A stretch of DNA of 64,000 bases from Eledone cirrhosa (lineage: Eukaryota), in the NCBI GenBank assembly GCA_964016885.1, contig OZ024741.1, positions 184,636,001 through 184,700,000 on the forward strand, written 5' to 3'. Both the position numbers and the translations under genes were made by a program. The notes below the pieces were generated by a model. That model ran no database searches and was not told the DNA's origin. It saw only the letters and a program-made list of their open reading frames with translations. The stretch's first letter is position 1, and each line of letters begins with the position of its first letter. This document shows, piece after piece, positions 1 to 14,221 of the stretch.

Positions 1-52
1 ACCACCGTCGTCGTCATCATCATCATCTTCACCAATGTCATCATCACCACCG

Positions 53-84
<32 letters not shown>

Positions 85-131
85 TCATCATCATCATCAT
101 CATAATCATCATCATCGTTGTCATCATCATT
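1..131. repeat. (CAT)n microsatellite, imperfect
   Basis: Direct reading of the sequence. Confidence 0.95.
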
Positions 132-497
132 TTCCTCTTATCCTTTTCATTTTTGTTAGACGATGCGAACGTTTCCTATCACAACCAATAAATGAAAAAC
201 ACACAAACACACACACACATGCATGAATATACTGATGCCTCTCGCACACGCACTTACACACACACTCACACACACACACACACATACATATATGCAGACA
301 AATACAGATGCCATCCCACCCCTACCCCCACCCTCCAAATACACACATGCACGCACATATAGATGCCTCCCTTACACGCACTTACACACACACTCACACA
401 AACACACACATACATACATGGACACAAATACAGATACCCCCCCTCCAAAAACATACACGCACACACACATATGCACGCATATATAGATGCCTCCCTC

Positions 498-536
<39 letters not shown>

Positions 537-544
537 TAACAGAC

Positions 545-3520
545 ATAGAGACACATACACACATATATAGAAACGCACAGAAACCCATATACAGAAACAT
601 ATACAACGATATACACACGACAAGACACACATACACACACATATATAGAAACGCACAGAAACCCACATACAGAAACATATACAACGATATACACACACAA
701 GACACATACACACATATATAGAAACGCACAGAAACCCACATACAGAAACATATACAACGATATACACACGACAAGACACACATACACACACATATATAGA
801 AACGCACAGAAACCCACATACAGAAACATATACAACGATATACACACACAAGACACATACACACATATATAGAAACGCACAGAAACCCACATACAGAAAC
901 ATATACAACGATATACACACCTCAAGACACATACACACACATATATAGAAACGCACAGAAACCCACATACAGAAACATATACAACGATATACACACACAA
1001 GACACATACACACATATATAGAAACGCACAGAAACCCACATACAGAAACAAATACAACTATATACACACACACAAGACACATACACACACATATATAGAA
1101 ACGCACAGAAACCCACATACAGAAACATATACAACGATATACACACCTCAAGACACATACACACACATATATAGAAACGCACAGAAACCCACATACAGAA
1201 ACATATACAACGATATACACACACAAGACACATACACACATATATAGAAACGCACAGAAACCCACATACAGAAACAAATACAACGATATACACACACACA
1301 AGACACATACACACACATATATAGAAACGCACAGAAACCCACATACAGAAACATATACAACGATATACACACCTCAAGACACATACACACACATATATAG
1401 AAACGCACAGAAACCCAGATACAGAAACAAATACAACCATATACACACACAAGACACATACACACATATATAGAAACGCACAGAAACCCACATACAGAAA
1501 CAAATACAACTATATACACACACACAAGACACATACACACACATATATAGAAACGCACAGAAACCCACATACAGAAACATATACAACGATATACACACCA
1601 CAAGACACATACACACACATATATAGAAACGCACATAAACCCACATACAGAAACATGTACAACGATATACACACACAAGGCACATACACACATATATAGA
1701 AACGCACAGAAACCCACATACAGAAACATATACAACGATATACACACCACAAGGCACATACACACATATATAGAAACGCACAGAAACCCACATACAGAAA
1801 CAAATACAACGATATATACAGCACAAGACACATACACACATATATAGAAACGCACAGAAACCCACATACAGAAACATATACAACGATATACACCACAAGA
1901 CACATACACACATATATAGAAACGCACAGAAACCCACATACAGAAACATATACGACGATATACACCACAAGACACATACACACATATATAGAAACGCACA
2001 GAAACCCACATACAGAAACATATACAACGATATACACACACAAGACACATACACACATATATAGAAACGCACAGAAACCCACATACAGAAACATATACAA
2101 CGATATACACCACAAGACACATACACACACATATATAGAAACGCACAGAAACCCACATACAGAAACAAATACAACGATATACACACACAAGACACATACA
2201 CACACATATATAGAAACGCACAGAAACCCACATACAGAAACAAATACAACGATATACACACACAAGACACACATACACACATATATAGAAACGCACAGAA
2301 ACCCACATACAGAAACAAATACAACGATATACATACCTCAAGACACATACACACACATATATAGAAACGCACAGAAACCCACATACAGAAACAAATACAA
2401 CGATATACACACACAAGACACATACACACACATATATAGAAACGCACAGAAACCCACATACAGAAACAAATACAACGATATACACACCTCAAGACACATA
2501 CACACATATATAGAAACGCACAGAAACCCACATACAGAAACATATACAACGATATACACACCTCAAGACACACATACACACATATATAGAAACGTACAGA
2601 AACCCACATACAGAAACAAATACAACGATATACACACCTCAAGACACATACACACATATATAGAAACGCACAGAAACCCACATACAGAAACATATACAAC
2701 GATATACACACCTCAAGACACACATACACACATATATAGAAACGCACAGAAACCCACATACAGAAAGATGTACAACGATATACACACACAAGACACACAT
2801 ACACACATATATAGAAACGCACAGAAACCCACATACAGAAACAAATACAACGATATACACACCACAAGACACACATATATAGAAACACACAGAAACCCAC
2901 ATACAGAAACATATACAACGATATACACACCACAAGACACACATATATAGAAACACACAGAAACCCACATACAGAAACATATACAACGATATACACACAC
3001 AAGACACACATACACACATATATAGAAACGCACAGAAACCCACATACAGAAACATATACAACGATATACACACCACAAGACACACATATATAGAAACACA
3101 CAGAAACCCACATACAGAAACATATACAACGATATACACACCACAAGACACATACACACACATATATAGAAACGCACAGAAACCCACATACAGAAACAAA
3201 TACAACGATATACACACCACAAGACACATACACACATATATAGAAACGCACAGAAACCCACATACAGAGACATATACAACGATATACACACACAAGACAC
3301 ACATACACACATATATAGAAACACACAGAAACCCACATACAGAAACATATACAACGATATACACCACAAGACACATACACACACATATATAGAAACGCAC
3401 AGAAACCCACATACAGAGACATATACAACGATATACACACGCAAGACACACATACACACATATATAAAAACGCACAGAAACCCACATACAGAAACATATA
3501 CAACGATATACACACCACAA
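545..3520. repeat. Minisatellite, ~73-79 bp unit, roughly 40 copies
   Basis: Unit AGACACATACACACATATATAGAAACGCACAGAAACCCACATACAGAAACATATACAACGATATACACACACA repeated head-to-tail, with CA-dinucleotide indels. Confidence 0.98.
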
Positions 3521-3747
3521 AGTAAAACAAAATTGAATAAGAAATACCCCCAAAAAACAGGAAAAATACGAAACAACCAAAATATCTGCATTGAGAAGTA
3601 TAATTGTTGTTTACACATCAGCTGTGACATCGAAACACGAAGAGAAAAATGAAAGAAGCTACCCTAAACTACACCACGTCCACCATATACACGCATGTAA
3701 CGAACGAATGAACTACAAAAACAACACAAATAACAGTCACAACAATT

Positions 3748-3784
<37 letters not shown>

Positions 3785-3899
3785 GCTGCTACTGCTGCTA
3801 CTGCTACTACTACTGCTGCTGCTACTGCTGCTGCTCCTGCTACTACTACTACTGCTGCTGCTGCTACTGCTGCTGCTGCTGCTGCTGCTGCTACTACTA

Positions 3900-3931
<32 letters not shown>

Positions 3932-4215
3932 TCTGCTACTACTACTACTACTACTACTACCACTGCTGCTGCTGCTGATGATGATGATGGTGAAGACGTT
4001 GATGATGATGCCGCTACTGGTGTTGCTGCTGCTGCTGCTACTACTGCTACTGCTACTGCTACTACTACTACTACTACTAGTACTACTGCTGCTGCTGCTG
4101 CTGCTTCTGCTGCTACTACTACTACTACTACTACTGATGCTTCTACTACTATTACTACTACTACTACTACTACTAATACTACTACTACTACTACTAATGC
4201 TACTACTACTGCTAC

Positions 4216-4250
<35 letters not shown>

Positions 4251-4253
4251 ATG

Positions 4254-4304
<51 letters not shown>

Positions 4305-4307
4305 ATG

Positions 4308-4352
<45 letters not shown>

Positions 4353-4353
4353 T

Positions 4354-4389
<36 letters not shown>

Positions 4390-4390
4390 A
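3748..4390. repeat. (CTA)n/(CTG)n compound trinucleotide microsatellite
   Basis: Direct reading; source of the spurious poly-Leu ORF 3591-4409. Confidence 0.97.
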
Positions 4391-4565
4391 AATATTAACC
4401 GAAACTTAACAAATGATAGAAAACAAAGGGAAAGAAGAGTATCAACATCAGCAACGACAACACAACACCAGTAAGAGTAACAACGACAACAACATGTTCT
4501 ACAACTGCTACAACAACCACAACTACAACTACAAAGATTACGTCACCAATGACAACCAGAACAAC

Positions 4566-4737
4566 AATAATTGTTTCTACTTTAGGCACAAGGCCAGACA
4601 TTACCCAGTGCATTACCGGTACTTAATTTATCGACCCCGTAAGGATGAAAGGCAAAGTTAACCTCGACGGGATTTGAACTCAGATCGTAAAGGGACGTAA
4701 CTGTGCTGCAAAGCATGGCGTCTGACCCTCTACCGAT
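4566..4737 (-). mobile_element. tRNA-derived SINE (octopus-type), near full length
   Basis: Minus strand has B-box GAGTTCAAATCCC, body GGTTAACTTTGCCTTTCATCCTTACGGGGTCGATAAA and a (TTA)n tail; many copies in the window. Confidence 0.9.
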
Positions 4738-5025
4738 AACAATAACAATGGCTATAGCAACTACTGCAACGACAACAACTACTACAACACCAACTATAAA
4801 TATTCCATCAGCAACATCAACCACTACTACAACATTAACAACAGTTACAACTGCAGCCACATGGGCAAAAGAAACTGCTCACTATAAGGACGTCTATTAC
4901 AACAGTCGCTACTTAATTAACAACACAGGTAACTACACACTACTACAACCTAATGGGGTGGCTTCTAACCGGTCATTTCATTAGTTAGTAATAGCAGCCA
5001 GATGTACTTTACCATTAAAAGAAAA

Positions 5026-5146
5026 TAACTTTTTCTATTTTTGGAACAAGGCCAGCAATTATTCAAGTGCATTACTGGTACTTTATTTTATCGACCCCGT
5101 AAGGATGAAAGGCAAAGTTAACTTCGGCAGGATTTGAACTCAGAAC
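5026..5146 (-). mobile_element. tRNA-derived SINE, 5'-truncated copy
   Basis: Same body as 4566-4737. Confidence 0.85.
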
Positions 5147-5275
5147 GACAGCACGTTTGTAGTCTTGAATATATTAATTCAAAACAGGATGTGAGAGCCA
5201 TGGTCAGTCCACTTTGGTTAAAGGTCTATTTGACCATAGACGAGCTAGGTCAAAACAATAGCTACCACAGTAACA

Positions 5276-5318
<43 letters not shown>

Positions 5319-5320
<2 letters not shown>

Positions 5321-8300
5321 TTTCTTTATTGGCCACAAGGGCTGACATCAAGAAAAACATTGCAGACGGCACAGGACGGTACGATGTGGGTTTTGTTCGT
5401 GTAAAGATTTTTATTATTTATATAAGAAAAGAAAAAGAAAAAGACATAGAAACATATATATATATATAAACAATAAAAATGAAATTGAAACAATGAAAAA
5501 TTCCCCAATAGGGAGGAAACCTCCGAGGGTTACTCGTGGCGAAAACCACACAAAAGACCACGGCCACCTTGACCACCAGGGCAAGCGCCCTGTCTCAATT
5601 TTTCCATCTCTCAAACTACAGGCGTATATTCAGAGCGAACCCGTTCACACGGACCATTCTCACAATATTCACCCACCTTTCAACAAACTTGCTATAAAGC
5701 AGCACTTGCATCTCCACCCTTATTTTCCTCTTCAAGTGAAACTTGAAAAAGTTAATTAGGGATTCGCCGAAGAGGAAAATGTCTGTCTTTAACCCTTTCA
5801 AACTTGTCCACCACGCAATCTCTTTAGCCATGGCCACCAGGCAGATGAAAACCGCCTGCCCTTCCTCCTCGAAGGAAGACGGCGAAACCATCTGCACAAT
5901 GGATTCAGTCGATAACCGGATCAGTCCTACACGCGACAGCAACTGTTCGACATAGCACCACAAAGTCAGCGTGCTCGACGAAACCGTCGTGCACGCACTG
6001 AACGAGTGCTCGCAAGACGGTTTCGTCGCTCTGCGCGCATCTCGGACAGGCTCGGCTGACGGCACTTCCGTGCCTGTAGAGCTTATCTCGAACCGGCAAC
6101 GCTCCCCGGTAGCACTGCCAGGCCAGGGATTTTTGGAAGTTATCCATAAGCACTGGGCTGAAAGTTCTCCGGAAGAGAGCAAACACCTGATCTTCTTCGA
6201 CGCCCAGGATCTCTCCGAGAACGTCGTCGCTCTTCCCCTCCACTAGTCCTCTATAGAACGCCGAGGTAGATGTTCCACCGATACTGGTGCCCACCTGGCA
6301 GAGGGCAGAGAGCGCCTGGAGACATTCCAGTTTCCAAGCGCTATCCCTCGGTCTTTTCCTGACCCAGGACTGCAGCTCAGTCAAGGAGACGAGCTGTGGG
6401 AAAACGTGCCTGGCGAACAGCGACCACACCTGTTCATCCTCAAGGAAGCACCACAGATGTCGCAGCCACAGCGCATGTTTGCGCATCATCAGCCATGGAA
6501 TGCCCAGTCCTCCACGCAACGGGTGTTGACAGCAGATGGATCGTCCGACCATGGGAGCGCGTCCCTTCCACAAAAAGTGGAAGAGGAGGCGCTCCCTTTT
6601 GGTGAGAGTTGGGGCGGGGCAAGGGACGACGGTGAGGTGGTAGCAGATGACGGACGCGATGTACGCATTCGCCACCTCCGCCCGGTCATTCAGGGACAGC
6701 TTCCTCTCGGCCCATTTCTGGGTGAGAGAGGCCACCTTGCTCGTCACCTCGCTCCAGTTTATCTCCATCCGGAGGTCCGGTCCGAACCAGAAACCGAGAA
6801 ATTTAACCGGGCCGTCCGCCCAACGCCCTACGATGCTGTCGGACGGCATGGACTTGCCTCTCCAGGTGGCGAGCTGCAGGCCCACCGACGTTTCCTGGTT
6901 TATCTTTGTTCCTGTCATCGCTTCGTATTCCTCGAGAGCCGTGCCGAGCATCTGGACGTGTCTGGTGCTGGACACCATCATGGTGAGGTCGTCGGCGTAA
7001 GCCGACTCGAATTTCCCGCATCCTAGTTCGTGTGGGACGCTCCTCATCGCCCCCAGTTTGTGCAGTAATGGCTCGAAGTCCAATACGTACAAGAGGGACG
7101 AGAGGAGACAACACGAGCGGACCGAGCGCATGATGCTGAACGGCTGCGACAGATGACCGTTCACCCTCAAAACTGAGCAGCTGTCGCTGTACCTCGCAGC
7201 GATCCAACCCCTGAAAACGGGCCCGAAACTGGCTGTCTCGAGGACCGCCGCCAGGTACCGATGGTCAACCCTATCGAATGCTTTGGATTGATCCAAGTTG
7301 ATCAGGGCCCCACCCTTGTCACGTTCCTTAACCACCCTCTCTATGATGTATCGCATGAGGTGGAGGTTGTCGTGGATGGATCTGTCCGGAATGGTGCATG
7401 TCTGAGCTTCACTCACCAGACGCTTGACGACAAGCACCAACCTCGTTGCTAATACCTTGGCAAAAATCTTGAACTCTGCGTTTAGCAGGGTTACGGGCCG
7501 GAAATTATCGATAACATCCCGCTTGTTCGGGTCTTTTCTCAGCAGCGCCACCGCTCCCCGGCTCACAAAACTGGGAATGCTCCCGTTCTGCTGCCAGTTG
7601 CAGTAGACATCTGCCAAGAGGTCACCGAACAAGTCTGGCATAAATGCATAAAGCTCGAAGGGCAGACCATCCAAACCTGGCGATTTACCCCTCGTGCAGT
7701 TAGTCATCGCTTTCCGTATTTCACCGGCTGTTATTGGCTTTTCGCAACACTGTGCTGTGGTCGTCGAGAGCCGAGGCAGTCCGTCGAGGTATGTATTGAA
7801 GTCCATACCCCGATCCGGGCTGCCGCTGCTCCCGAACAGTTCAGCTAAGTGCTTCTGAAAAGCTTCACACATCTCCTCGGGTTCGAGCAACACGCACCCG
7901 CTTTGGTCAGACAAAGACCGAATTGTGGCTTTGTTGCCACGTCGCGCTTCTGCCACCCGGGCTCATTGGACGGCTTTTGTCCCCTCGTGTTTCAGAGCAC
8001 GCGCTCTAGCTCTGACAACGAAGCCTTCGTGTTTTGCGTTGAATAATTGGTCGAGTGCCAATCTCGGCGCAAGCACGTCGGTTGCGATGCCTGTCCTAAA
8101 CGCCTCTTCTAGCTTTCTGACTAGCTCTCCTTCTACTCTATTTTCCTCTATCACTAGTCCTTTGCTAAACCTAATCGACTCTACTTTAATAGCTCTTTTC
8201 AGTGCGAACCACCGCCTGTTGTTGACGACCGCTCCCGTCAACGCCCGCTTAACTAATACGCTAATCTGGTCTCTGTAGGCTTTGTGCGCCGGGAAAGACG

Positions 8301-9340
8301 CGTTCAGCTTCCAGTAACCGGGCCCTTGTCTATGAAGTCTGTGTATGTCGATCTCACAGATCACAAATTTGTGGTCTGTGTAGTCGACTATTTTATATTG
8401 TGGACAACTTATACTAGCCTTATATAGTTCTCTGCAGAGTACCCTATCGAGATACGATCTGGATGACCCGATGCGGTTTGTCCATGTCCACATTGGCACA
8501 TTCGAGTGATCCAGTCTATACCTGTCAGACAGCTCAAAATGTCTGAGCAGGTTGGTGAGGCTCTTTCACCCTCCTCCCTATCCACTAGCCCCACACAATC
8601 CCAGCGTGCATCCAAGACACCGTTCCAGTCGCCCACTAACACTAAAGAGAGGAACGTTCCAAGAAAGTTCTCTAGACGTCTGAAGAAATCTGGCCGTCCT
8701 GCCCCTGGTGGGGCGTAGACGGCTACTAGCCTGAAAGAATTGCTTTCGCTGCCGGTCACGTCCAGCACAACCGACTTACTTTCTGGGTCTAGGAAGATGG
8801 GCCGTATGGCGAGATCCAAGCCTTTCCGAAAAAGCACCCCCACCCCCCGATCCTGGACGGTTGAGAGATGCGTATATATCGTAGACACCCCGAAGATCGG
8901 TGCGAAGACTCGTCCTTCGGAGATTCTGGTATCGCTGATGGCCACCAGATCTATGTTTAGTGACCTGAGGTCGTTGAGCAGGTGACCCTGCTTCCAAGAA
9001 TACCCCAGGCCACGCGCATTTATACTGCCTATTCTGAGTACGGCCATGTTGGATGAGAAACAGGGCAAGTGAGAAAGGGTCACTTACCTTGATCGTGTGA
9101 TGAAGAGACAGTAGAACCGTCCCTTTGGCTGGTCATGGGTGTTTCCAAGAGAATGCCAGTGTATATCCTCTTTGTAACCGACCCTCTGAAGTCTCCAACT
9201 GCGTTGGGTAATTTTTGTTTTAAAAGTTTGTACTGTTCTATTTTGATATCAATGATGCTTATGTTTGTCGGAGAGTCCTTGGTGTTGGTGGGGTGTAGTA
9301 GTTTTTTTCTGTGATGTCTGTGTGCTGCTTTATATATTGT
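5319..9340 (-). mobile_element. Tx1/L1-clade non-LTR retrotransposon copy 1, 5'-truncated within ORF1, inserted in (TAA)n
   Basis: APE-RT-zinc ORF2; 3' end CCTTGTGGCCAATAAAGAAATC followed by (ATT)n; (AAT)4 at the 5' junction. Confidence 0.93.
5616..9047 (-). pseudogene. Tx1 ORF2 (AP endonuclease + reverse transcriptase + C-terminal zinc motif), frameshifted
   Basis: GSINARGL, VYAP, GDWNG, SYLDR, TDHK, GPGYWKLN; KSPGLDGLP, NFRPVTLL, DQSKAFDRV, AYADD; CPRC..ETV. Split across ORFs 8409-9083, 7963-8499, 5905-7956 and 5616-6182. Confidence 0.95.
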
Positions 9341-9353
9341 AATAATAATAATT

Positions 9354-10561
9354 AGGAGAGTTAGGAGCGTATTAAAATCACATCTGAACAGTAGGAATGC
9401 CATAAGTGCAGTAAATTCCCGAGCTGTGTCTATTATTATGTACAGTGCGGGAATTCTGAGATGGAATGTTGCTGAACAAAAAGAAATGGATAGGAAGACT
9501 AGGAAGCTATTGACTAACTACAATATGTTCCACAAAAGGAGTGATGTCGATAGACTCTACTTAAGGAGATCTGAAGGTGGAAGAGGTCTTATCAGCATAG
9601 AGGACTCTGTTCTGATGGAGAAAAACAACCTGCACAAATACGTGACTGATAGTAGGGAGCCAATGCTCAGAATTGTACTGAAGGAGAGGACAATAGACCA
9701 GGGGATGTCCAAGGAGGAAATAACAACAAGGAGAAAGAGCAACCTTCATGAAAAATCCCTTCATAGTGCATTCTTTGAGAAAACTGAATTAAGAGATCCA
9801 CAGACATGGAACTGGTTGAGGAGACCTTAAAAAGGCTACAGAAGGAATGCTAATGGCTGCGCAAGAGCAGGCTCACAAAATAAAGTGGCTGAAACACCAT
9901 ATTTACAAGGAGGAGGCTAGCCCACTGTGTAGGATCTGTGGAGAGAGAGAGAGGAAACTGTGGCTCACATTGTATCCAAGTGTAAATACCTAGCCCAGAC
10001 TCACTATAAAGGCTGGAGACATGATGTGATGGGAAGGGTGATCCACTGGCACCTATGAAAAGTAAACAATTTGCCGCATTCTGAGAAGTGGTATGAGCAT
10101 AAGCCAGAGTCGGTGATGGAAAACGATCAGGTGAAGTGCTGTGGCATTTTAGGATACAGACGGACAAGAAACTCGAACACAATAGACCTGACCTGTTGGT
10201 TTTGGACAAGAAAAAAATATCGCGCATTATTGTGGATGTGGCCTGCCCATTCGACACGAGAGTGCAAGAGAAGGAGAGGGAGAAAATTAACCGATACCAG
10301 GACTTATGGGAGGTAAAAAGGATTTGGAACTGCCATGAAGTCAAAGTGGTCGCGATTGTCATAGGCGCACTAGGTACTATCTCAAAGAGTTTCCAGGAAT
10401 GGTTAAAGAAAATTGGCCCCGCCCCGCTTTTTGGAACACTTCTGAAGGCATGCTTGCTGGGAACAGCAAGAACCCCTGAAAATCTGAGGCTGCAGGTAGT
10501 GGCTTGGTATTCATTTCAACAAACTTTCCAGTTAACTAACATGAATGACTGAGACTCAAAG
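9354..10561 (+). mobile_element. R4/Dong-clade non-LTR retrotransposon (RLE endonuclease) copy 1, 5'-truncated, frameshifted
   Basis: RT C-terminus DRKTRKLL..SDVDRLY..RSEGGRGL, CRICG..ET..H zinc knuckle, RPD..DVACP..EK..RY nuclease motif, (AAT)n tail. Confidence 0.92.
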
Positions 10562-10839
10562 AACAATAACAATAATAATAATAATAATGATAATAATGCT
10601 TTCTTTATTAACCAAAAGGGTTTAACACAAAGTAGACATTAAGGACGATACAGGACGGTACAAATGGGCATTTCTGCGTGTAAAAAAACAAAAAACAGAG
10701 GATGTAATAATAGAACAATGAAAAAAATTCCCCAATAGGGGGGAGACTTCCGAGGGTCATTTGTGGAGAAAGCCCATTAAAAGGCCACAGTGACCCTTAC
10801 ACCAGGGCAAGTGCCCTCTCCCAGTTTTCCATCTTTAAT

Positions 10840-13800
10840 TTACAGACACATACTCAGAGTAGGCCCATTCACTCGGGCCATTCTAGTCTCTCTCACCCAT
10901 CTTTCAACAAAATGCTGGGAAGAGAGCACTTCCCTCTCTACCCTGATTTTACTTTTCAAATGAAATTTGAAAATATAATCAGGGCATCACCGAAGAGGTA
11001 AGTGCTCGTCTTCAGCCCTTTCAAACGTGTCCACCATACTATCTCTTTCGCCATGGCCACCAGACAGATAAAAACTGCCTGCCCTTCCCGGTTAAAGGAA
11101 GAGGGCGTGGCAATCCTCACGATGGTCTCAGCTGATAGCCGGATCCGTCCTACACGCGACAGCAGGTGTTCGACATAAACCCACAAGTCAGCCATGCTCG
11201 GACACTGGACGAGTGCGTGCAGGACGGTTTCGTCGCCCTGCGCGCATCGTGACATGCCCAGCTGGCGGCACCTCCATGCCTGTAGAGTTTATCCCGAACT
11301 GTAAAGCTCCTCGGTAGCACTGCCAGGCCGGGGATTTCTGGAAATTTTTCATAGGCCCCGGCCTGAAAGTTCTTCCGAAGAGATTGGCTAGTTGATTTTC
11401 GTCGACGTCGAGAGTTTCCCCAAGTACGTCGTCGCTCTTCCTCTCCACTAATCCTCTATAGAACGCCGAGGTGGAGTTTCCACCGATCACATTGCCGGAT
11501 TGGTCGAGGGCTGTGAGCGGCTGAAGACATTCCAGTCTCCAAGCTCTCGCTCTCGGTCTTCGCTTGACCCAGGACGGCAGCGCCATCAAGGAGACGAGCT
11601 GGGGAAAGACGCTTCTAGCAAACGGCGACCACACCTGATCACTGTCGAGGAAGAGGTGAAGATGACGTAGCCTGAGCGCGTGTCTGCGCATCATCAGCCA
11701 CGGAAAGCCCAGCCTTCCATGTAGCGGGTGTTGACAGCAGATGGACCGCCTGACCATCGGAGCGCGTCCCTTCCACAAAAAGCGAAAGAGCAAACGCCTC
11801 TGCGCAGTCAGGCGAGGCTTAGGACACGGTACGACGGTCAGGCGGTAGTAGATGACGGACGCGATGTACGCGTTAGCCACCTCCGCTCGACCTTTCAGGG
11901 TGACAGAAGTCACCCTGCTCGTCACTTCGTCCCAGTTTTTGTCCGTCTGGATGTCCGGACCGAACCAGACCTCTAGCAATTTAAACGGTCCGTCCGTCCA
12001 GCGTCCGTCCGAGCTGCAGGCACACTGACTATTCCTGGTTGAAAATTGCTCCTGTCACCGTTTCGTATTCTCTTAGTGTCGTGCCGATGGCCTCGATGTG
12101 TTTGGCGTTCGACATTACTACGGTGATATCGTCCGCATATGCTGACACGGATCTTCCGCCTCCTAGTGCGCGCGGGAATCCCCTCAACGTCTCCAGTTTG
12201 TGCAGTAATGGCTCGAGAGTCAATACGTACAAGAGGGACGAGAGGGAACATCCTTAGCGGACCGAGCACATGATGTTGAACGGTTCCGAAAGGTGACTGT
12301 TCACTCTTACCACAGAGCAGATGTCGCTGTGCATGGCAGCGATCCAGCCTCTGAAGACGGGCCAAAAGCCAGCCGCCTTCAGGACTGCCGCTGAGTAACG
12401 ATGGTCGACCCTATCGAAAGCTTTCAACTGATCTAAATTGATCAAGGACCCAACCGTGCCAATTTCCCTAGCTACCCTCTCTACGATGTATCGCATGAGG
12501 TGGAGGTTGTCGTGGATGGATCTGTCGGGAATGGGGCATGTCTGCGCCTCTCCCACCAGACCACCAACGACAATCGCCAAACTCTTTTCTAGCACCTTGG
12601 ACAAAATCTTGAACTCTGTGTTTAGCAGAGTTATGGGCCTGAAATTATCTATGTTATCCCCCTTCTTCGGATCTTTTCTCAGCAGCGCCACCACTCCTCG
12701 CCTCACAGAGCTGGGAATTCTCCCGTTCTGTTGTCAGTTGCAGTAGACGTCCGCCAAGAGGCCTCCAAACAAGTCTGGCATATGTACGTATAGTTCATAT
12801 GGCAGACCATCCAAACCAGGCGATTTACCCCTTGTGCAGCCAGACATTGCCTCCCGCATTTCAGCGGCTGTTATCTGATTTTCGCAACACTCCGCCTTAG
12901 TGGCCGAGAGCTGCGGCAGTCCGTCGAGGTAGACACTAAAGTCCATGCCTCGACCCGGTCCGCCGCTGCCCCCGAACAGCTGTGCGAAGTGTCGCTGAAA
13001 AGTTTCACACATTTTCCCGGGATCGAGTAAAATGAGCCCGTCGCGGTCCACCAAAGACCGGATCGTGGCTTTGTTGCTACGACGCGCCTCCGCCACTCGG
13101 ACCCATTGAATGGCTTTCGTCCCCTCGTGTATGAGAGCACGCACCCTAGCTCTGACAACGCAGCATCCGTGCTTTGCATTGAAGAATTTGTCAAGGGCCA
13201 ATTTCGCCGCAAGTACGTCGGTTGCGATGCCTTTGCTAAGCACTTCGTCTAATTTTCTAATTAGTTCTCTCTCTGCTCTATTTTTCTCTACAGCTAAAGC
13301 CTTACTAAACATAATGGACTCTATTCTAATCGCTCTTTTCAGAGCATACCACCACTTGTTGTTGACGATGACGCCGTCAAGGACCGCTTAACTAGTTTGC
13401 TAAACTGGTCTCTGTAGACCTTGCGCGCTCGTAAGGACGCGTTTAGCTTCCAGTAGCCGGGTCCTCGTCTATGAAGCCTATCTAAGTCTAGCACACAGAT
13501 CACGAATTCGTGGTCCGTGTAGCTGACTATCTTGAATTGTGGACAGCCTATGCTAGACCTATCTATTTCCCCACAATACTCTATCTAGATATGATCTGGA
13601 TGACACGATGCCGTTTGTCCAAGTCCACATTGGCGGATTCGGGAAATCCAAACGGTAGGTGTCAGACAGTTCAAAACGCCTGAGCAGGTTGGTGAGACTC
13701 TTGCACCCTCCTCCCCTATCCGCTAATCCCACACAGTCGCAGCGTGCATCTAAGATCCCGTTCCAGTCGCCCACTAACACTAAAGAGCGGGACGTTCCTA

Positions 13801-14187
13801 GAAAGTCTCCAGACGCCGGAAGAAATCAGGCCGCCCTGCTCCTGTCGGGGCATAGACGGCCACTAGCCTGAAAGCTTGCCCGTCTCCGCTGGTCACGTCC
13901 AGCACCACCAACTTACCTTCTGGCTCCAGGAAGATGGCCCGTATGGCGAGATCCAAACCTCTCCGAAAAAGCACAGCAACTCCTCCCCCCAATCCCGGAC
14001 GGCTGGGAGATGCGTACACATCGTAGCCGCCGAAGATCGGTGCGAAGGCCCGTGCTTCGGAGATTCTGGTCTCGCTGATAGCCACTACATCTATGTTTAG
14101 TGACCTGAGGTCGTTGAGCAGGTGGCCCTGCTTCCATGACGACCCCAAGCCACGCGCATTTATGCTGCCTATTCTGAGTTAGGTCAT
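10840..14187 (-). pseudogene. Tx1 copy 2 ORF2 (APE + RT + zinc motif), multiple stops and frameshifts
   Basis: Collinear with copy 1 ORF2: AISETR, VYAP, GDWNG, KSPGLDGLP, KAFDRV, AYADD, ETVLHALVQC. Confidence 0.95.
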
Positions 14188-14221
14188 GTTGAAATGGAGT
14201 GGGAAAGATGGGAAAGACCAC

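Noticed and set aside
545-3520. CRISPR-like regular repeat array
   Set aside because: No unique spacers, no cas genes, eukaryotic context
266-3630. Long Cys/Val/Tyr-rich minus-strand ORFs (up to 718 aa)
   Set aside because: Translations of the minisatellite, open in all frames because of composition
3591-4409. Poly-Leu ORF
   Set aside because: (CTA/CTG)n microsatellite
5971-8985. Plus-strand ORFs overlapping Tx1 ORF2
   Set aside because: Antisense shadows of GC-rich coding sequence with no recognisable motifs
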